Shown: positions 1-11,407 of the stretch, piece after piece
Position numbering within the stretch: the first letter of the stretch is position 1
How the letters are laid out: the number at the start of each line of letters is the position of its first letter
NCBI GenBank assembly: GCA_963826715.1
Contig: CAWGYA010000002.1
Coordinates: 320,001 to 384,000 of the forward strand
Length of the DNA stretch: 64,000 nucleotides
Reading direction: 5' to 3'
From: Candidatus Bathyarchaeota archaeon
Lineage (GTDB): Archaea > Thermoproteota > Bathyarchaeia > Bathyarchaeales > Bathycorpusculaceae
Notes under the pieces: model-generated
What the model was told of the DNA's origin: nothing
Seen by the model: the letters and a program-made list of their open reading frames with translations, nothing else
Databases searched by the model: none
Translations under genes and position numbers: made by a program

Positions 1-1
1 A

Positions 2-148
2 CTAGCTAAAAATATCCATAAAGAGTTGTCGTCAAATTTCATGTTTGCTATGGTTTGGGCAAAGCGACTTCCCTTCAGTCCCAAAAAGGTTGGGGTAAAC
101 TTTGTTTTAGATGATGGCGACATTGTTGAGATTCACACTAGAACCTAA
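2..148 (+). CDS. 3' end of a TGS-domain GTPase (DRG/OBG family), partial
   Basis: Manual translation LAKNIHKELSSNFMFAMVWAKRLPFSPKKVGVNFVLDDGDIVEIHTRT* matches the C-terminal TGS domain pattern (IHK...VW...VG..F.L.DGD.VEIH). Confidence 0.85.
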   Translation, partial: LAKNIHKELSSNFMFAMVWAKRLPFSPKKVGVNFVLDDGDIVEIHTRT

Positions 149-206
149 AACAGAAATAGATTTTTTAAAAAATAAAAAATAAAAATAATTAAAAGAAAAA
201 AGTTGC

Positions 207-794
207 TTATCTGCTGGATTGTGCAACACGTTCGATTTCGTTACGCTTGGCTATTGCAACACTCTTGATGTCTTTGCTAGCTGCTAAGATGAGTTCGTCT
301 GCGAGAGTTTCTTGTATGCTTTTTGGGGTATTGATTGAGGATGCTTTTGCACCTGCAGTTATGTGACGTACCGCAAGATCTATTCTACGTTGTGGTGCAA
401 CGTCAACTGAGAGGTGATAGACAACTCCACCGTAGCTAACACGTGTAGTATCTTCAGCTGGAGAACAGTTCTCTACTGCTTGAACAAGAATGTCAATAGG
501 ATTTTTGCCAGTGCGCACATTAATAATTTCGAATGCTTCTTTGACAAAGTTAGTTGCTTTGGCTTTTTTGCCTGCGTTTTTACCGCCGCGCATAAGACCG
601 TTGATTAGACGTTCAACGATGTTAACTTTGGCTTTGCGGAATCTTTGGTGTTCATGACGACCCATACTATGGGGTGCAACCATTGGAGTAAGGTTTAGGT
701 ATCTTTGCAGTCCTATGTCTTTAACCGTAATATCTTTAAAACTCCATTTTTGGAAGAGCAGGATTTCTTGGGGTTGGGAAACTGTTTGTGACAT
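207..794 (-). CDS. rps7: 30S ribosomal protein uS7
   Basis: Archaeal S7 motifs (IVERLIN, GGVVYHLSVDVAPQRR, ERVAQSSR); directly downstream of rps12. Confidence 0.98.
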   Translation of the reverse strand: MSQTVSQPQEILLFQKWSFKDITVKDIGLQRYLNLTPMVAPHSMGRHEHQRFRKAKVNIVERLINGLMRGGKNAGKKAKATNFVKEAFEIINVRTGKNPIDILVQAVENCSPAEDTTRVSYGGVVYHLSVDVAPQRRIDLAVRHITAGAKASSINTPKSIQETLADELILAASKDIKSVAIAKRNEIERVAQSSR

Positions 795-799
795 AGTTT

Positions 800-1240
800 T
801 TACCTTGCTGGTTTCTGTTTACGACCATACACAAGCTCGTTGAGTGATGTGCCGTTGATTTTGACTACTTTCCATCTTACACCGGGAATGTCGCCCATGG
901 CGCCACCTCGGGTACCGCCGATTCCTTCCACCACGACCTCGTCGTGTTCATCGACAACGTTTAAAGCACCGTCGCCTGGGAGGAATGCGGTGATGGTTCT
1001 ACCGTTTTTGATCAATTGTGTGCGAACGCATTTACGAATGGCGCTGTTGGGCTGCTTGGATTCAATACCGACCTTCTCAAGCACAATGCCCCGCGCCTGC
1101 GGTGCACCTTGCATAGGGTCAACTTTCTCGTCAAGCATCAACATACGTCGATTGAAGTATCTATCGTGCCAACGGAAATTCTTCCGTTTCTTAGCCAGTT
1201 GCCTTGCGGCGAATTCGCCTCTTGGTGACTTGGAACCCAT
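800..1240 (-). CDS. rps12: 30S ribosomal protein uS12
   Basis: [10 protein letters not shown] and GDIPGVR motifs. Confidence 0.98.
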   Translation of the reverse strand: MGSKSPRGEFAARQLAKKRKNFRWHDRYFNRRMLMLDEKVDPMQGAPQARGIVLEKVGIESKQPNSAIRKCVRTQLIKNGRTITAFLPGDGALNVVDEHDEVVVEGIGGTRGGAMGDIPGVRWKVVKINGTSLNELVYGRKQKPAR

Positions 1241-1436
1241 ATCTAAGTTATTCCTTCTTTTTGCACATGCATAGTCATAACACTCATATTTAAAGGAAAC
1301 TAACCGAAATCACCATTACCCACAGATTTTGCTGTCTAGTCTGTAAAGGATTTATCAATGAAAATTTGGGATATTGCTGCGATGGCGATTAAGAAAAAGA
1401 CTTACCATATTACAAATTATCAGTTAAAGCGCCCTG

Positions 1437-1724
1437 CTATCGGTTTTTTTCTTTTTTAGCTTCTGCTTTAAGCGTATAGACAAAAGCAATAAACCAGAAT
1501 GCTACTGTACCCCAGCCGAAGATAAAGCCAACAACATTTCCAAGAAGATGATAGGCTAACTCAAACCCTACAATGGAGATAAAGGTAAGAAAAGAGCCAA
1601 TAACGCTAAAACCCCGCAAGTAATTTCGATTTCTTATAATTGCTCGCAACATCCAAAGAAGTGCCAAAAAATTTGTTATACTAGCCACGTCTAAAAGCAA
1701 ATTTGCGAAAGCTAAAGTATCCAC
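1437..1724 (-). CDS. small 3-TM membrane protein (possibly PQ-loop/SemiSWEET-like fold)
   Basis: 95 aa, three hydrophobic segments, basic tail; no PQ motif visible. Confidence 0.6.
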   Translation of the reverse strand: MDTLAFANLLLDVASITNFLALLWMLRAIIRNRNYLRGFSVIGSFLTFISIVGFELAYHLLGNVVGFIFGWGTVAFWFIAFVYTLKAEAKKEKNR

Positions 1725-2164
1725 GTATCATTCCCAATGCACCAAACAGGATGCACCCAAACTTAAGGGTACCGCAGAGGCGAGCTCTAAAGGAAAAATA
1801 ACCACGAACTCAAAGCAACCTCATTTTTGATGAGCGCTAAAAGAAAGTGAAAAAAGTGATTAATTATATTGCGTTTAATGCGGATGATAAAAGTCATGAA
1901 TTAAAAAATACCTAAAAGTTAGTTAGGCAAATTGCAGCCCAAATAAAATAGAAAAACGGGTGAACTATCAAACGTACTTCAAACATAAAAAAGCAAAAAC
2001 AAATTGGGTGTAAATATTCAACGCTATTATAAAATTTTTTTGTCGTTAGCTACAAACCAAATTGTCAAGATTTTCTATTAATCAACTTACAACCATAAAG
2101 GGAATTATGGTAAAATCATATATAGTTAATCAGACTATGAATTTCAAATTATCGGAGGGTTTAG

Positions 2165-2843
2165 GTGAATACTCGGCACATCACAGTTGTAATAGGTATA
2201 ATAGCAATCATAGTTCTTTCTAGCGGCTTTGCAGCTGCCAACATTAATCAAAACGATTTAATTGCACATGCAACATGGTCAAAAACCGACCTTGCCTCAG
2301 GGAAGCAGTGTAATTGTTACCATAACACTACAAAGCGAATCAGATCAACAAATTCAAGTATACTTCTTCGGAGTACACTTTGATTGGATGGCAGCAGATA
2401 CATTCGCAGGTCAAAATCTACAAAGTGCCCCCGTCACCATACCCAGCGGAGGCAGTTACCAATTTACCCCTTCAATAATCAATATTCCTCAAGGAACAAC
2501 CTCAGGCTCACACACCTACACTATAGGCATCGACGGAGAAGATAGCGATGGACAAGCCTTCTCATGGACCTCCACAGAGGCATCAATACAAGTAGTCGCC
2601 TCGTCAACAACCCCAACATCAGGCGGAAACAACAACCCAGGCGAACAGAACTCAGATTGGACAATTGGCATTGCAATCATAGCCGCAACCGCAGTCATAA
2701 TGATAGTAATAATCCTCATTGTATTGCGAAGGAAACGAAGCGCTCAAACAACAACCCAAACCACAGAGCCAGAAACAAACCAATCAGAACCGCAAAAACC
2801 TCAAGAAGAAAAATCCAAACCCGAACAGGAATTCGACATCTAA
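2165..2843 (+). CDS. secreted, C-terminally anchored Ig-like surface protein, split by a frameshift at about 2281-2285
   Basis: Signal peptide in ORF 2165 (SD GGAGG upstream). Removing one A from the A5 run gives ..WSKPTLPQGSSVIVT.., continuing into ORF 2262-2843 with a TM helix and RRKR. Confidence 0.7.
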
Positions 2844-2919
2844 ACTCTTTTTCCTACAGCTAAAGGTTGGCTGAATTACCAGAGGCTAAAAAACCTTATA
2901 GCCTATCTTTAATCATATC

Positions 2920-3594
2920 TTGCCAGCAGGCGTTGGCGTAACTATGCGTGGCATGGCATTCAAAACTGGGTTGATAGGAACGTTATTTCTATTATCAGCC
3001 TTTGCTTATGCACCAACGATAAAGTGTGATAATGCAATAGCCTTCAACACCGCTGATCAATTCACGATCCCAAATAGCGATGGATCAGTCAGGTTTGCCT
3101 TTAACGGAACTTACTCATCTGCGATATTGAACGGTATTTTTTGGCAGTTCAACGATTTAACCCTCAATGGAACGCAGAGACTAGGAAATCTCAAAATCTC
3201 AACTGAAAATTCTAACATAACAATCCTCTCCTACCGGACAGGCAGTCTACTTCTGCGAAGTGCCAGGTTGATGTATTCAGTAGAGGGTATTGGAAACCAA
3301 ACCATTAACTTCTGCATCAACAATACACAGCCAACCCATTCTAGCGAGTGGAGCGTTATCGTACCGGACAGCATTTTTCTTGCAGAAGGAGAAGGTTGGA
3401 ATCTTCTACCAGACGACTCTCTAATTATTAGTGGAATCGCGGGCAATGTGACAGTGGTCCATTATAGCTTCCAAGCGCCAAATGATTCCGACCAACCCTT
3501 TTATGTGCAGCATTCCGCAGGATTGGCTGCAGCGGCGATAGTGGCAGCTACATTCTCGGCGACGTTGGTTATTAAATACAGGATGAGAAAGTAA
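2920..3594 (+). CDS. secreted protein with C-terminal membrane anchor
   Basis: Signal peptide, many N-x-S/T sequons, C-terminal TM plus basic tail; stop overlaps next start (TAATG). Confidence 0.75.
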   Translation: MPAGVGVTMRGMAFKTGLIGTLFLLSAFAYAPTIKCDNAIAFNTADQFTIPNSDGSVRFAFNGTYSSAILNGIFWQFNDLTLNGTQRLGNLKISTENSNITILSYRTGSLLLRSARLMYSVEGIGNQTINFCINNTQPTHSSEWSVIVPDSIFLAEGEGWNLLPDDSLIISGIAGNVTVVHYSFQAPNDSDQPFYVQHSAGLAAAAIVAATFSATLVIKYRMRK

Positions 3595-4802
3595 TGCCTA
3601 CAGAGAATTCACCCTTCATTGTGTTGCCCCTATATGCTTTGATAGTTGCAGTCGGCATAATTCTCATTCTTAAATTCTCCAAAGATAAAACCCGAAAAAT
3701 CAGCACACTCCGCCTCTTCATTCAAACCGTTGCACTCGTCGCTGTTTTCATGGGATTAATTTTAGGGCCCTTCAACGTGCCCATTTTTGAGCCATTGGGG
3801 GCTGCTCCGCGAGATCGCCTAATCGGAGCCGATTTTTTAGGCAATCAGATGCCAGACGGACTGCCTTTGCCGATTCTGGCATGCTACTACCCTAACGGAC
3901 GGACAGTCACTTGCCCAATCTGGCAACTTCAAGCCTACATTTTCCCTTTTTGGAATTATCCAAGGGGCTATGAGGTTTTCTACTCAACCCTTGGAATTGA
4001 AAAAATCGCAATTGTACTAGGGTTAGTTGCAACTGCTGCAGTGATTCTCGGGAGGTCGTTCTGTGGGTGGCTTTGCCCATTCGGATTATATCAAGACATC
4101 CTAACGCGAATACGAAAAGCAACTCGACGCCGCCACCTGAGCTTCTCAGAAAAGACCAGCTCCAAACTGAGCCAATCACGCTACATAATAATTGCTGTAT
4201 TCCTAATCCTAAGCGTCATCTTCGGCTCCTATGCAATCTTCGGCACCCAGCTTATTCCCGGGACAATACCTGGAGGACCTGAGGGAACCGAAGCTGGAAT
4301 CGTAGGCAACATCAACGAACCCTTCTGCCTTGTCTGCCCTGCAAGACCTCTCTGCGTACTGGCTGAATGCGCAATTGGAGCTATGAAATACAGCTATGTC
4401 TCGCAGATAACCTATGGCCCTCTTTGGATAAGTGGTGGATACATAAGCTCCATAAATATAGCAGTCTTAATCGCCGTCTCTATCCTAGCCTTTGCATACA
4501 GACGGTTTTGGTGCCGCATCTGCCCCCTTGGAGCGTTAACCGCTCTTTTTAGCACTTTTACACCGTTTAAACAGATTGCATTAACAAAGCTGGAGAAAAA
4601 CGAGGAGAAATGCACTAAATGCGGCGTCTGCAAAAGAGTCTGTCCAACCCAAGCCACAGCTATGTATGAAAAGAAAGGGGGAGACGTTACCGAGTCGAGA
4701 TGTATGCTATGCGCTAGATGTGTGGAAATTTGCCCCTATGAAGATGCCTTAAAATTGAAGTTTGCCGGGAAAACAATAATGCGATCAAGAAACTGGGCTT
4801 GA
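3594..4802 (+). CDS. membrane 4Fe-4S protein, NapH/MauN/YccM family
   Basis: GRSFCGWLCPFG and RRFWCRICPLG motifs, two CxxCxxCxxxCP ferredoxin motifs, multiple TM helices. Confidence 0.9.
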   Translation: MPTENSPFIVLPLYALIVAVGIILILKFSKDKTRKISTLRLFIQTVALVAVFMGLILGPFNVPIFEPLGAAPRDRLIGADFLGNQMPDGLPLPILACYYPNGRTVTCPIWQLQAYIFPFWNYPRGYEVFYSTLGIEKIAIVLGLVATAAVILGRSFCGWLCPFGLYQDILTRIRKATRRRHLSFSEKTSSKLSQSRYIIIAVFLILSVIFGSYAIFGTQLIPGTIPGGPEGTEAGIVGNINEPFCLVCPARPLCVLAECAIGAMKYSYVSQITYGPLWISGGYISSINIAVLIAVSILAFAYRRFWCRICPLGALTALFSTFTPFKQIALTKLEKNEEKCTKCGVCKRVCPTQATAMYEKKGGDVTESRCMLCARCVEICPYEDALKLKFAGKTIMRSRNWA

Positions 4803-4874
4803 GAACATAAAGACCCAGAATCAGAGTAAAGACTGCCGTAAAGGTTAATATTATTTTGTTGCCCATCTGAAGGC

Positions 4875-5366
4875 ATGTCATTTCATGTTAGACGTAAAGA
4901 CCGAGAAATAACCGACCCAGACGAGATACGGAAGGTCCTTAAATCCACAAAATATGTTACAGTTGCCTTATGCATGAATGGCGAACCCTATCTTGTTTCT
5001 TTGAGCCACGGTTACGATCAACTCCGCAATTGCCTCTATTTTCACTGCGCCCCAGAAGGCAAAAAACTCGTGTATGCAGAAGCCAATAATCGAATCTGGG
5101 GACAAGCAGTACTTGACTACGGTATAACTGATGAGTGTGACTATGCCTATACTTCAGTACATTTTGGCGGTAAACTATACCTCATCGATGACTTGACAGA
5201 AAAGCAGCATGCCCTAGAAGTTCTTGTGTATCAGACTTCAAAAGCACCTGAAGAAAAAATATCCAAGGTCAAGACTGAAAAACTTGCCAAAACCACTATG
5301 GGGAGAATTGACATTACCTACCTATCAGGTAAGAAACATCAAGCGCCACCTAAGACACAGAACTGA
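4875..5366 (+). CDS. pyridoxamine-5'-phosphate oxidase-like flavin-binding protein (NimA-like)
   Basis: RRKDREI, PYLVSLSHG, YFHCAPEGKK, YTSV and SGK motifs. Confidence 0.88.
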   Translation: MSFHVRRKDREITDPDEIRKVLKSTKYVTVALCMNGEPYLVSLSHGYDQLRNCLYFHCAPEGKKLVYAEANNRIWGQAVLDYGITDECDYAYTSVHFGGKLYLIDDLTEKQHALEVLVYQTSKAPEEKISKVKTEKLAKTTMGRIDITYLSGKKHQAPPKTQN

Positions 5367-5477
5367 GAAAAAAGAATTTTATGGTTCTAACGGAATTCAT
5401 TTTTCGCCAAACAAAAATGTGACCACAACGAGTATAATCGCCAGAGGTATCTAACATCTATTAACAAATCTGATTCG

Positions 5478-7392
5478 TCAACCAGACATTTCCGCTAACT
5501 CCACCCGATAAACATACAAGCCATTGTCGGAATATACGTGCGTCAACCAGCTCACGTCATTTAAATAAGCTACACACTCTGGGTAATTACGCAATTCATC
5601 ATTTCCGACATACACATAACTCACATTAAATTCGCGGACAACTTCTGATAGTTGGCTCACGTTCCCATTATAAGCATCATCAATGGCATGCTCGCGCCTA
5701 TTTACTTCATTGAGAGGTTCACCATGCCCATAGGGCCAATACACATACGATGAAACACGAAGGCGCCCCGCAATCATCGATGGCGGGCACTGAATACTAT
5801 AATAGGTTAGAAAAACCGAATTCTGAGGGGTGTTATCCTTTATCCATGTGCCAACTTGGTATTCACTCCAACTAACGCCTGTGTAGTCTGTCCCAACATT
5901 GTAAATGATTACACTTGCCGAAGTTATAACCGAGAGCAAAACGAGTGATATAACAAAGATCTTTCCTCTTTTCGACAAAATTATCCCACTTAACACGGTA
6001 ATTGGCACCCAGGCGAAGATGAAGAATTTGTACATGTCCCAGTTCCAAGGCGTCAAGAGAAGAATATTGGGAATGAAGAAGAGAAACAGAAAAGTGACTT
6101 TAAGGTTTTCATGACCTGGCTTAACAAAGGAAATTATTGCTAAAATGAAAGGGATACCTAGATTGAGGAAGTAGTAAATCCAGGGGTTCACAGCGAAGTC
6201 AATTACAAACTCGGAGCTAACACTGATGGAGAAGGATGGTCCACCTGAAAAGATAAATGGCAAGGCGAAAATACTTGGCACCAGAAAATATAGAAAGCCC
6301 CAGTTAATTTTACGCGCACTAAAAATTAAGACAACCGCGAAAGCGACATAACAGCAGAAGAACGCTACGTTATGAAACTGAAAAACCAGTCCAGTGAGGA
6401 TGCCAGCAAGTAGAAGACGGTTTTTGTCACCAGAGTCACGTAGCAACGCCAAAACCAACGCGAACACAGGCAGCCCCATTAGAAGCGGACGCTGTTGTAG
6501 CAAATTATCGAATATTGAGGGTAGCCCAAACTGTTGTCCAAATTGGTAAATATAATTGGTAGTCGGCGTGAAGGTACCGTTAAGGAGCGCAGAGAATAGC
6601 CCAAAGTAACTCAAGCCCCAGCCGAAAACAGCTAAAACCGTTGCAACAACCGCAGCTCGTCTACCGTAGGGGCGCGCCAACGCATACATGGCGCCTGCAA
6701 ATACCAAAATAAACACGGCGTTAAGCACGGGAAGAAGCGTTGGTAAGTAGCCGTAGAGTTTCTCTATAAGGGCAGTATGGAAATCAACAAAGTAATGATA
6801 CGTCAGGGGGGTGCCGACATAGTTGGGGGTTTGAGGAGGAAAGTTGCCGTTGTTTATGCTTTCGATTATGTCAAAGTGGTAGGGAGTGTCCTGCCAGTTT
6901 GATCCAGTGATAACAATTCCGTATTGGTTGCCCCGCCAGACGCTGTAACAGAGCACGCTAAGCGATAACAAAAAAATAACTGTGAAGACGAGTAAGGTAG
7001 ATTTTTTAAGCTTAAGAATTTTGAGTAAACTTTGTGGCTGTAGCGGTTCACCTTTTTTGTAAACAACTAAGGCATACATTGCTGTTAACACAAAAAAACT
7101 CGCAACAATTAGAAGCCTAGAATATCCAAACTCTAAAGACAAAAAATATATGAGAAATACCGAAACCAACACGCTAAAAATTGGAACAAAAACCCAAGTT
7201 TCATGGGATTTTAAATTGAAGAAACGGTAGCCGATTAAGCCAGGAACAAGAAATGTGAAGATGAGCCCCATCGCCACTGCAATGTAGCCACCAATAAAAG
7301 TAGCTGTAGCTAAGATCAGAAGCACTAATGATAGCCAATATTTTTGCAGAACACCGCAGGCTATTTTTGAAGCGATTTCTCTGTCCCCTCAA
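5478..7392 (-). CDS. polytopic membrane protein, GT-C glycosyltransferase-like; probable frameshift near 7325
   Basis: Many TMs, D-x-P-Y-H and L-x-YHY-F loop motifs, C-terminal YVYVGxxE domain. The true start is probably TTG at 7392 (SD-like GAAGGT) joined by a 1-nt indel. Confidence 0.7.
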
Positions 7393-7553
7393 GCTACCTT
7401 CAGAATTAAGTGATTTTGGCGTATTAAGATTACTGCCGACGCGCGTTCTACAAGGTAAAATTGGAGTTTGCCCCTTTGGAGTTGATGATTAACCCAAAAT
7501 CCGAGAAAGCTTAATTAACCGAATTATCGTGTATTGATGCGGCGCATCAGTTT

Positions 7554-7631
7554 GCCCAGGTAGTATAGTTCGGTCCAGTATATGCGGCTGTCGCCCGCAG
7601 GACCCGGGTCCGAATCCCGGCCTGGGCGCCA
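7554..7631 (+). tRNA. tRNA-Asp(GTC)
   Basis: Acceptor GCCCAGG/CCTGGGC, anticodon arm TGCGG-CTGTCGC-CCGCA, encoded CCA; T-loop reads TCCGAAT. Confidence 0.93.
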
Positions 7632-8149
7632 CTTCTCATTAACTCATATTATTTCCGTAGTCCTTTGATTCTATTGACGACTTTTTTCAGAAGTAATATG
7701 AATTAAAAAAGTCTCCACCAGCTAGCCAAGTAGTTGACCCTAAACCAAAAACCGAAATACCACAAACTCAATCATTGATCAGAAAAACTCTGTTTTTAAA
7801 ATTAACATCATATCGCAAAAATGAGGTCAGCCTTGAGCCAGAAAATGGTAACCCCAATTCGCTTTCTCATATCATCAACAAACTCCTTATTCATCTAACG
7901 CCAAATCCTACTCACCGCAAGAGAAAAGAAACCCACCATATTTAGACCTAATAAGTACATATCGCTTATCAACTGTATTTTGGCTATTGCTATCTTCTAT
8001 CGTTTTTGCTTTTTAGAAGCTATTGAAAAATTGCTAGTTCCCACGCTTAGCTATAACCCGAACACGAGAATCAAGTTGCCACAATTTTCAATTAATGGGC
8101 AGAAGGTGTCGGAGGAAAAGACACTGCGTTAGTGAGGTTTGTAATCAAT

Positions 8150-9391
8150 TTATCCAAAAAGGGGTGTATAATCAGCTATGTATCCCAAGACGCCTGCAAC
8201 ATAGGAGAGTACCCATAAAATAACCGTTAACTTAACAATCCGTCTGCTTTTAGCTGGAAACGTTTGCGAGTTGGAGCGCCAAATAGCCACTAATAATACT
8301 CCAAATGCTATTGCCGGAATAGAGAGAACGCTGTGTGCAACAATTTCTGCCACCTTCAACGGAGAGGTGAAGTATGAGGTCATTGAGCCACCACTAGGCG
8401 GAGACATAAGCAAAACCAAAGAGAACCCCACAACAGTTGCGATGACAACTACAGCCATCACTACACCGTGTAGAAAGTAATTACGTGCTTTCCTAAAACC
8501 CATGCTTGCTACAATTAACCCCATCCAGTAAGACTGAATAATCAAGTTAATTTGGGCATCGCTGAGCCCGATTTCATTCCAGAAAAAGAATATTAGGGCT
8601 ACAAATGCCACACCCAACAGAAAAACCGTAAAAGCCCCGACTACTATCTTTTTCCCGAGTATAGGGTAACGTAATGTTAGCTTCCTTATTGCTTCCTTTT
8701 TATAAATCACTACTGCTGAAGTCAGTATCACCCCAGCCGTCACTACGCCTGACATAACCAAGGCAAATATAGCTTGGTTACCCATAATTTGGGGAATCCA
8801 TATGTTGGTGGCGACTGCTTCGGTTGTAACAGTTAAGTCTTCATTGTAACTGCCATCCTTGTTTGTAACGTTTTGGATGACCTCTGAGGAGCCGATAAAG
8901 AAGCCCGTGGTTTTGTCCCATTCTTTGATGTGTCTTATCGAGTCGTTTCCATATGTTACAGTTCTAGTTGCGCCCAGAACAATTTTTTGTTCCTCCCGTT
9001 GTATGGTTATATTGGCGGGTGTATTGTTGTGAATTGAGAAATCATAGAACATTTCGCCAGGGCTGAGATTGGCTGGAATAATTGTCCATCCACCGACGTT
9101 ACCTTCTGTGAAGTTGTATTTCCATACGGCGCTTCCCACAGTTCCGTTGGCGTATCTAGCGGTGAGGTTCACCGAGAACGCATCTCCATCAACTTTCAAA
9201 ACTTCCATCCGCATCCATCTCACGTCATGTGTCGGCGGAGCAGTACCGATGCCCTCTATAGTGATGTTGTATTCGACCCAATCGCCTTCTTTGACTCCCA
9301 CATGGAGTTCGTTAGAAGCAAATACAGGCGAAACAATCAAAGAAATGGATACAATTAAGATTGCCAAGACTAAGACTGCGTAAGCTTTCAT
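8150..9391 (-). CDS. secreted N-terminal domain fused to a multi-TM membrane domain, hypothetical
   Basis: Signal peptide, GVKEGDWVEY beta-rich domain, about 6 C-terminal TMs with His residues. Confidence 0.75.
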   Translation of the reverse strand: MKAYAVLVLAILIVSISLIVSPVFASNELHVGVKEGDWVEYNITIEGIGTAPPTHDVRWMRMEVLKVDGDAFSVNLTARYANGTVGSAVWKYNFTEGNVGGWTIIPANLSPGEMFYDFSIHNNTPANITIQREEQKIVLGATRTVTYGNDSIRHIKEWDKTTGFFIGSSEVIQNVTNKDGSYNEDLTVTTEAVATNIWIPQIMGNQAIFALVMSGVVTAGVILTSAVVIYKKEAIRKLTLRYPILGKKIVVGAFTVFLLGVAFVALIFFFWNEIGLSDAQINLIIQSYWMGLIVASMGFRKARNYFLHGVVMAVVVIATVVGFSLVLLMSPPSGGSMTSYFTSPLKVAEIVAHSVLSIPAIAFGVLLVAIWRSNSQTFPAKSRRIVKLTVILWVLSYVAGVLGYIADYTPLFG

Positions 9392-9771
9392 TTTTCATCG
9401 AAGAAACTCTAGCAGCTTTAGCCTTAAAGTTCTTTTTATCAAGAAACCTTTACTAAGCTTAGTCAACAAATCTTGACAAATATTCTTTTATCTAAAACTA
9501 TTTCAACTTTAACTATGAGAAATTGAAGCCATAATAATTCTGGCCTAATAGTTGTTCTGACAACAGTTCTTGTTCGAAGATACTAATCGTTAAAGTACAG
9601 CCAATTCGTTTCGGATTATTTCAATCGGTTTATATTGAAAAGGTACCGTTTATTCGGTTTCTTACTTTTGCAACATTCTTTATTGCAAAAGTATGGTAAA
9701 ACACATACCTAACACTTTTAAATAAACAAGTGCAGAAAAGATATGAACACATATATCTATCTATTTTAGAA

Positions 9772-11127
9772 ATGACTTTAACCGAAAAAACATCCACAGA
9801 CGTCGGTAATTCGAAGAATTGGCTAGAGGATATAATAAGAAAAGTCAATAGTAGTGCTTTGGAACAGCAAGTAATCACCCGCGGTAGCAATAGTCTCTGC
9901 GTTTTATGCAAAGGCGCTCGGTTCCTATGTGGGAAAACCCGTTGCCCAATAATGCTTAAAGTTAACACTTTCCTCAAAAGCGTTCCTTTAATGGAAACTG
10001 AAGATATTGATGGTATGTCGCCACCAAGTGTCTTCATCGGCAGAATAGGCTACCCACATGTATACATCGGACCGTTAGTGCCACCGGTGCATGAAAACAC
10101 AAGCATTTATGACATGCCCGAAAAATGGTTTGGGAAATCAATGGATGAAATCGTAGGGTTTCGCAGCCTACTTATCAGGGGCAAACACCTCGTTAATGTA
10201 ACAAAAATCAGTGAAGCAGGCAAAATCTTTGACGATACCCGCGAGTTGGCGCTTGCCGATAATAGTGTAGAAACTGAACTCAACTTAACCAAGAAACCTC
10301 GAGGCTCCATAACTCTTAGTGATGACGTGCAACCGTTTGGTCCCTCGGCACCAATCCGCGACCTTCACGTTGGCAACGCACGATATAACCAAAAAATTGA
10401 GAAAGCATATTATGATACAGACCTTAAGGCAACTAACGCAGTTGTTGAACTCTACAGCAAGGGCGTTACGGTGACCAAAATCCAGAAAGCCTTTAGCGTC
10501 GGAGCTTTTGGAGTTGAAAAGAAGCGGCGACTAGTCCCTACAAGATGGAGCATAACCGCTGTTGACGACATCCTTTCAAAGAGCCTCATGAATAAAGTAA
10601 AGACTTTTCCCGAAATCAACGAGTACCGTGTCTACGAATCAATCTATCTTGATAATGTTTTTGAGATTTTGATGATTCCGATGCAATGGAGTTATGAATC
10701 CATGGAAGCATGGTATCCAGGTACTGTTTGGAATCCAAACGGCTCCTCTGTTGCCATATTCTCAGACTGGGAGTCTAACAGTGGGCGCACTACTTACGCA
10801 TCAATAGGAGGTTGCTATTATAGCGCCCGTTTAGCTATATGTGAGCAACTTCAAAAAGAACGCCGCCAAGCCACCGCGATAGTACTTCGGGAAGCTCGCC
10901 CTGGTTATATCATGCCTATAGGCGTCTGGCAAGTTAGGGAAAATGTGCGTAATGCCATGCGGCAGAAACCTTATACTTTCAATACACTGGCGCAATCACT
11001 AAAGTTCTTAAGCGGCAAATTTGAAATTCCCCTACAGCGCTGGATTCGGCAGAGTGAGCTTTTAAAGAAGGCTCTGTTTCAGAGGCGAATAAATGATTTC
11101 TTCTCAACCACAACGTCAAATCAATAA
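9772..11127 (+). CDS. nreA: archaeal DNA repair protein Nre
   Basis: CxxCKG...LCG...CP N-terminus, SPPSVFIG, LVPTRWSITAVD, GGCYY, C-terminal PIP box QRRINDFF. Confidence 0.93.
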   Translation: MTLTEKTSTDVGNSKNWLEDIIRKVNSSALEQQVITRGSNSLCVLCKGARFLCGKTRCPIMLKVNTFLKSVPLMETEDIDGMSPPSVFIGRIGYPHVYIGPLVPPVHENTSIYDMPEKWFGKSMDEIVGFRSLLIRGKHLVNVTKISEAGKIFDDTRELALADNSVETELNLTKKPRGSITLSDDVQPFGPSAPIRDLHVGNARYNQKIEKAYYDTDLKATNAVVELYSKGVTVTKIQKAFSVGAFGVEKKRRLVPTRWSITAVDDILSKSLMNKVKTFPEINEYRVYESIYLDNVFEILMIPMQWSYESMEAWYPGTVWNPNGSSVAIFSDWESNSGRTTYASIGGCYYSARLAICEQLQKERRQATAIVLREARPGYIMPIGVWQVRENVRNAMRQKPYTFNTLAQSLKFLSGKFEIPLQRWIRQSELLKKALFQRRINDFFSTTTSNQ

Positions 11128-11407
11128 GTTTCTCATTGGGAATCGAGCAAATTGGGTTTGGAAATAAACTTCAATCCATAACCACTTTAGTCAAGTTCAT
11201 AGAATCCAGACTAGAAGGTGTGTATGTGGTTACTTATTTTTTGCCCGGTGATCATGTACTTATGATGAAAAATGATAACTTTGTGTGGTCATCAAACTAA
11301 ATGATGGAGCAGCAATCAGCACTTGAAAGCAATCAAAAATAAAACATATGCATACTTTTTTGGAAAATTTTAAAAAAGCATGCCCTTTATACCTAACCTG
11401 ACTTTCA

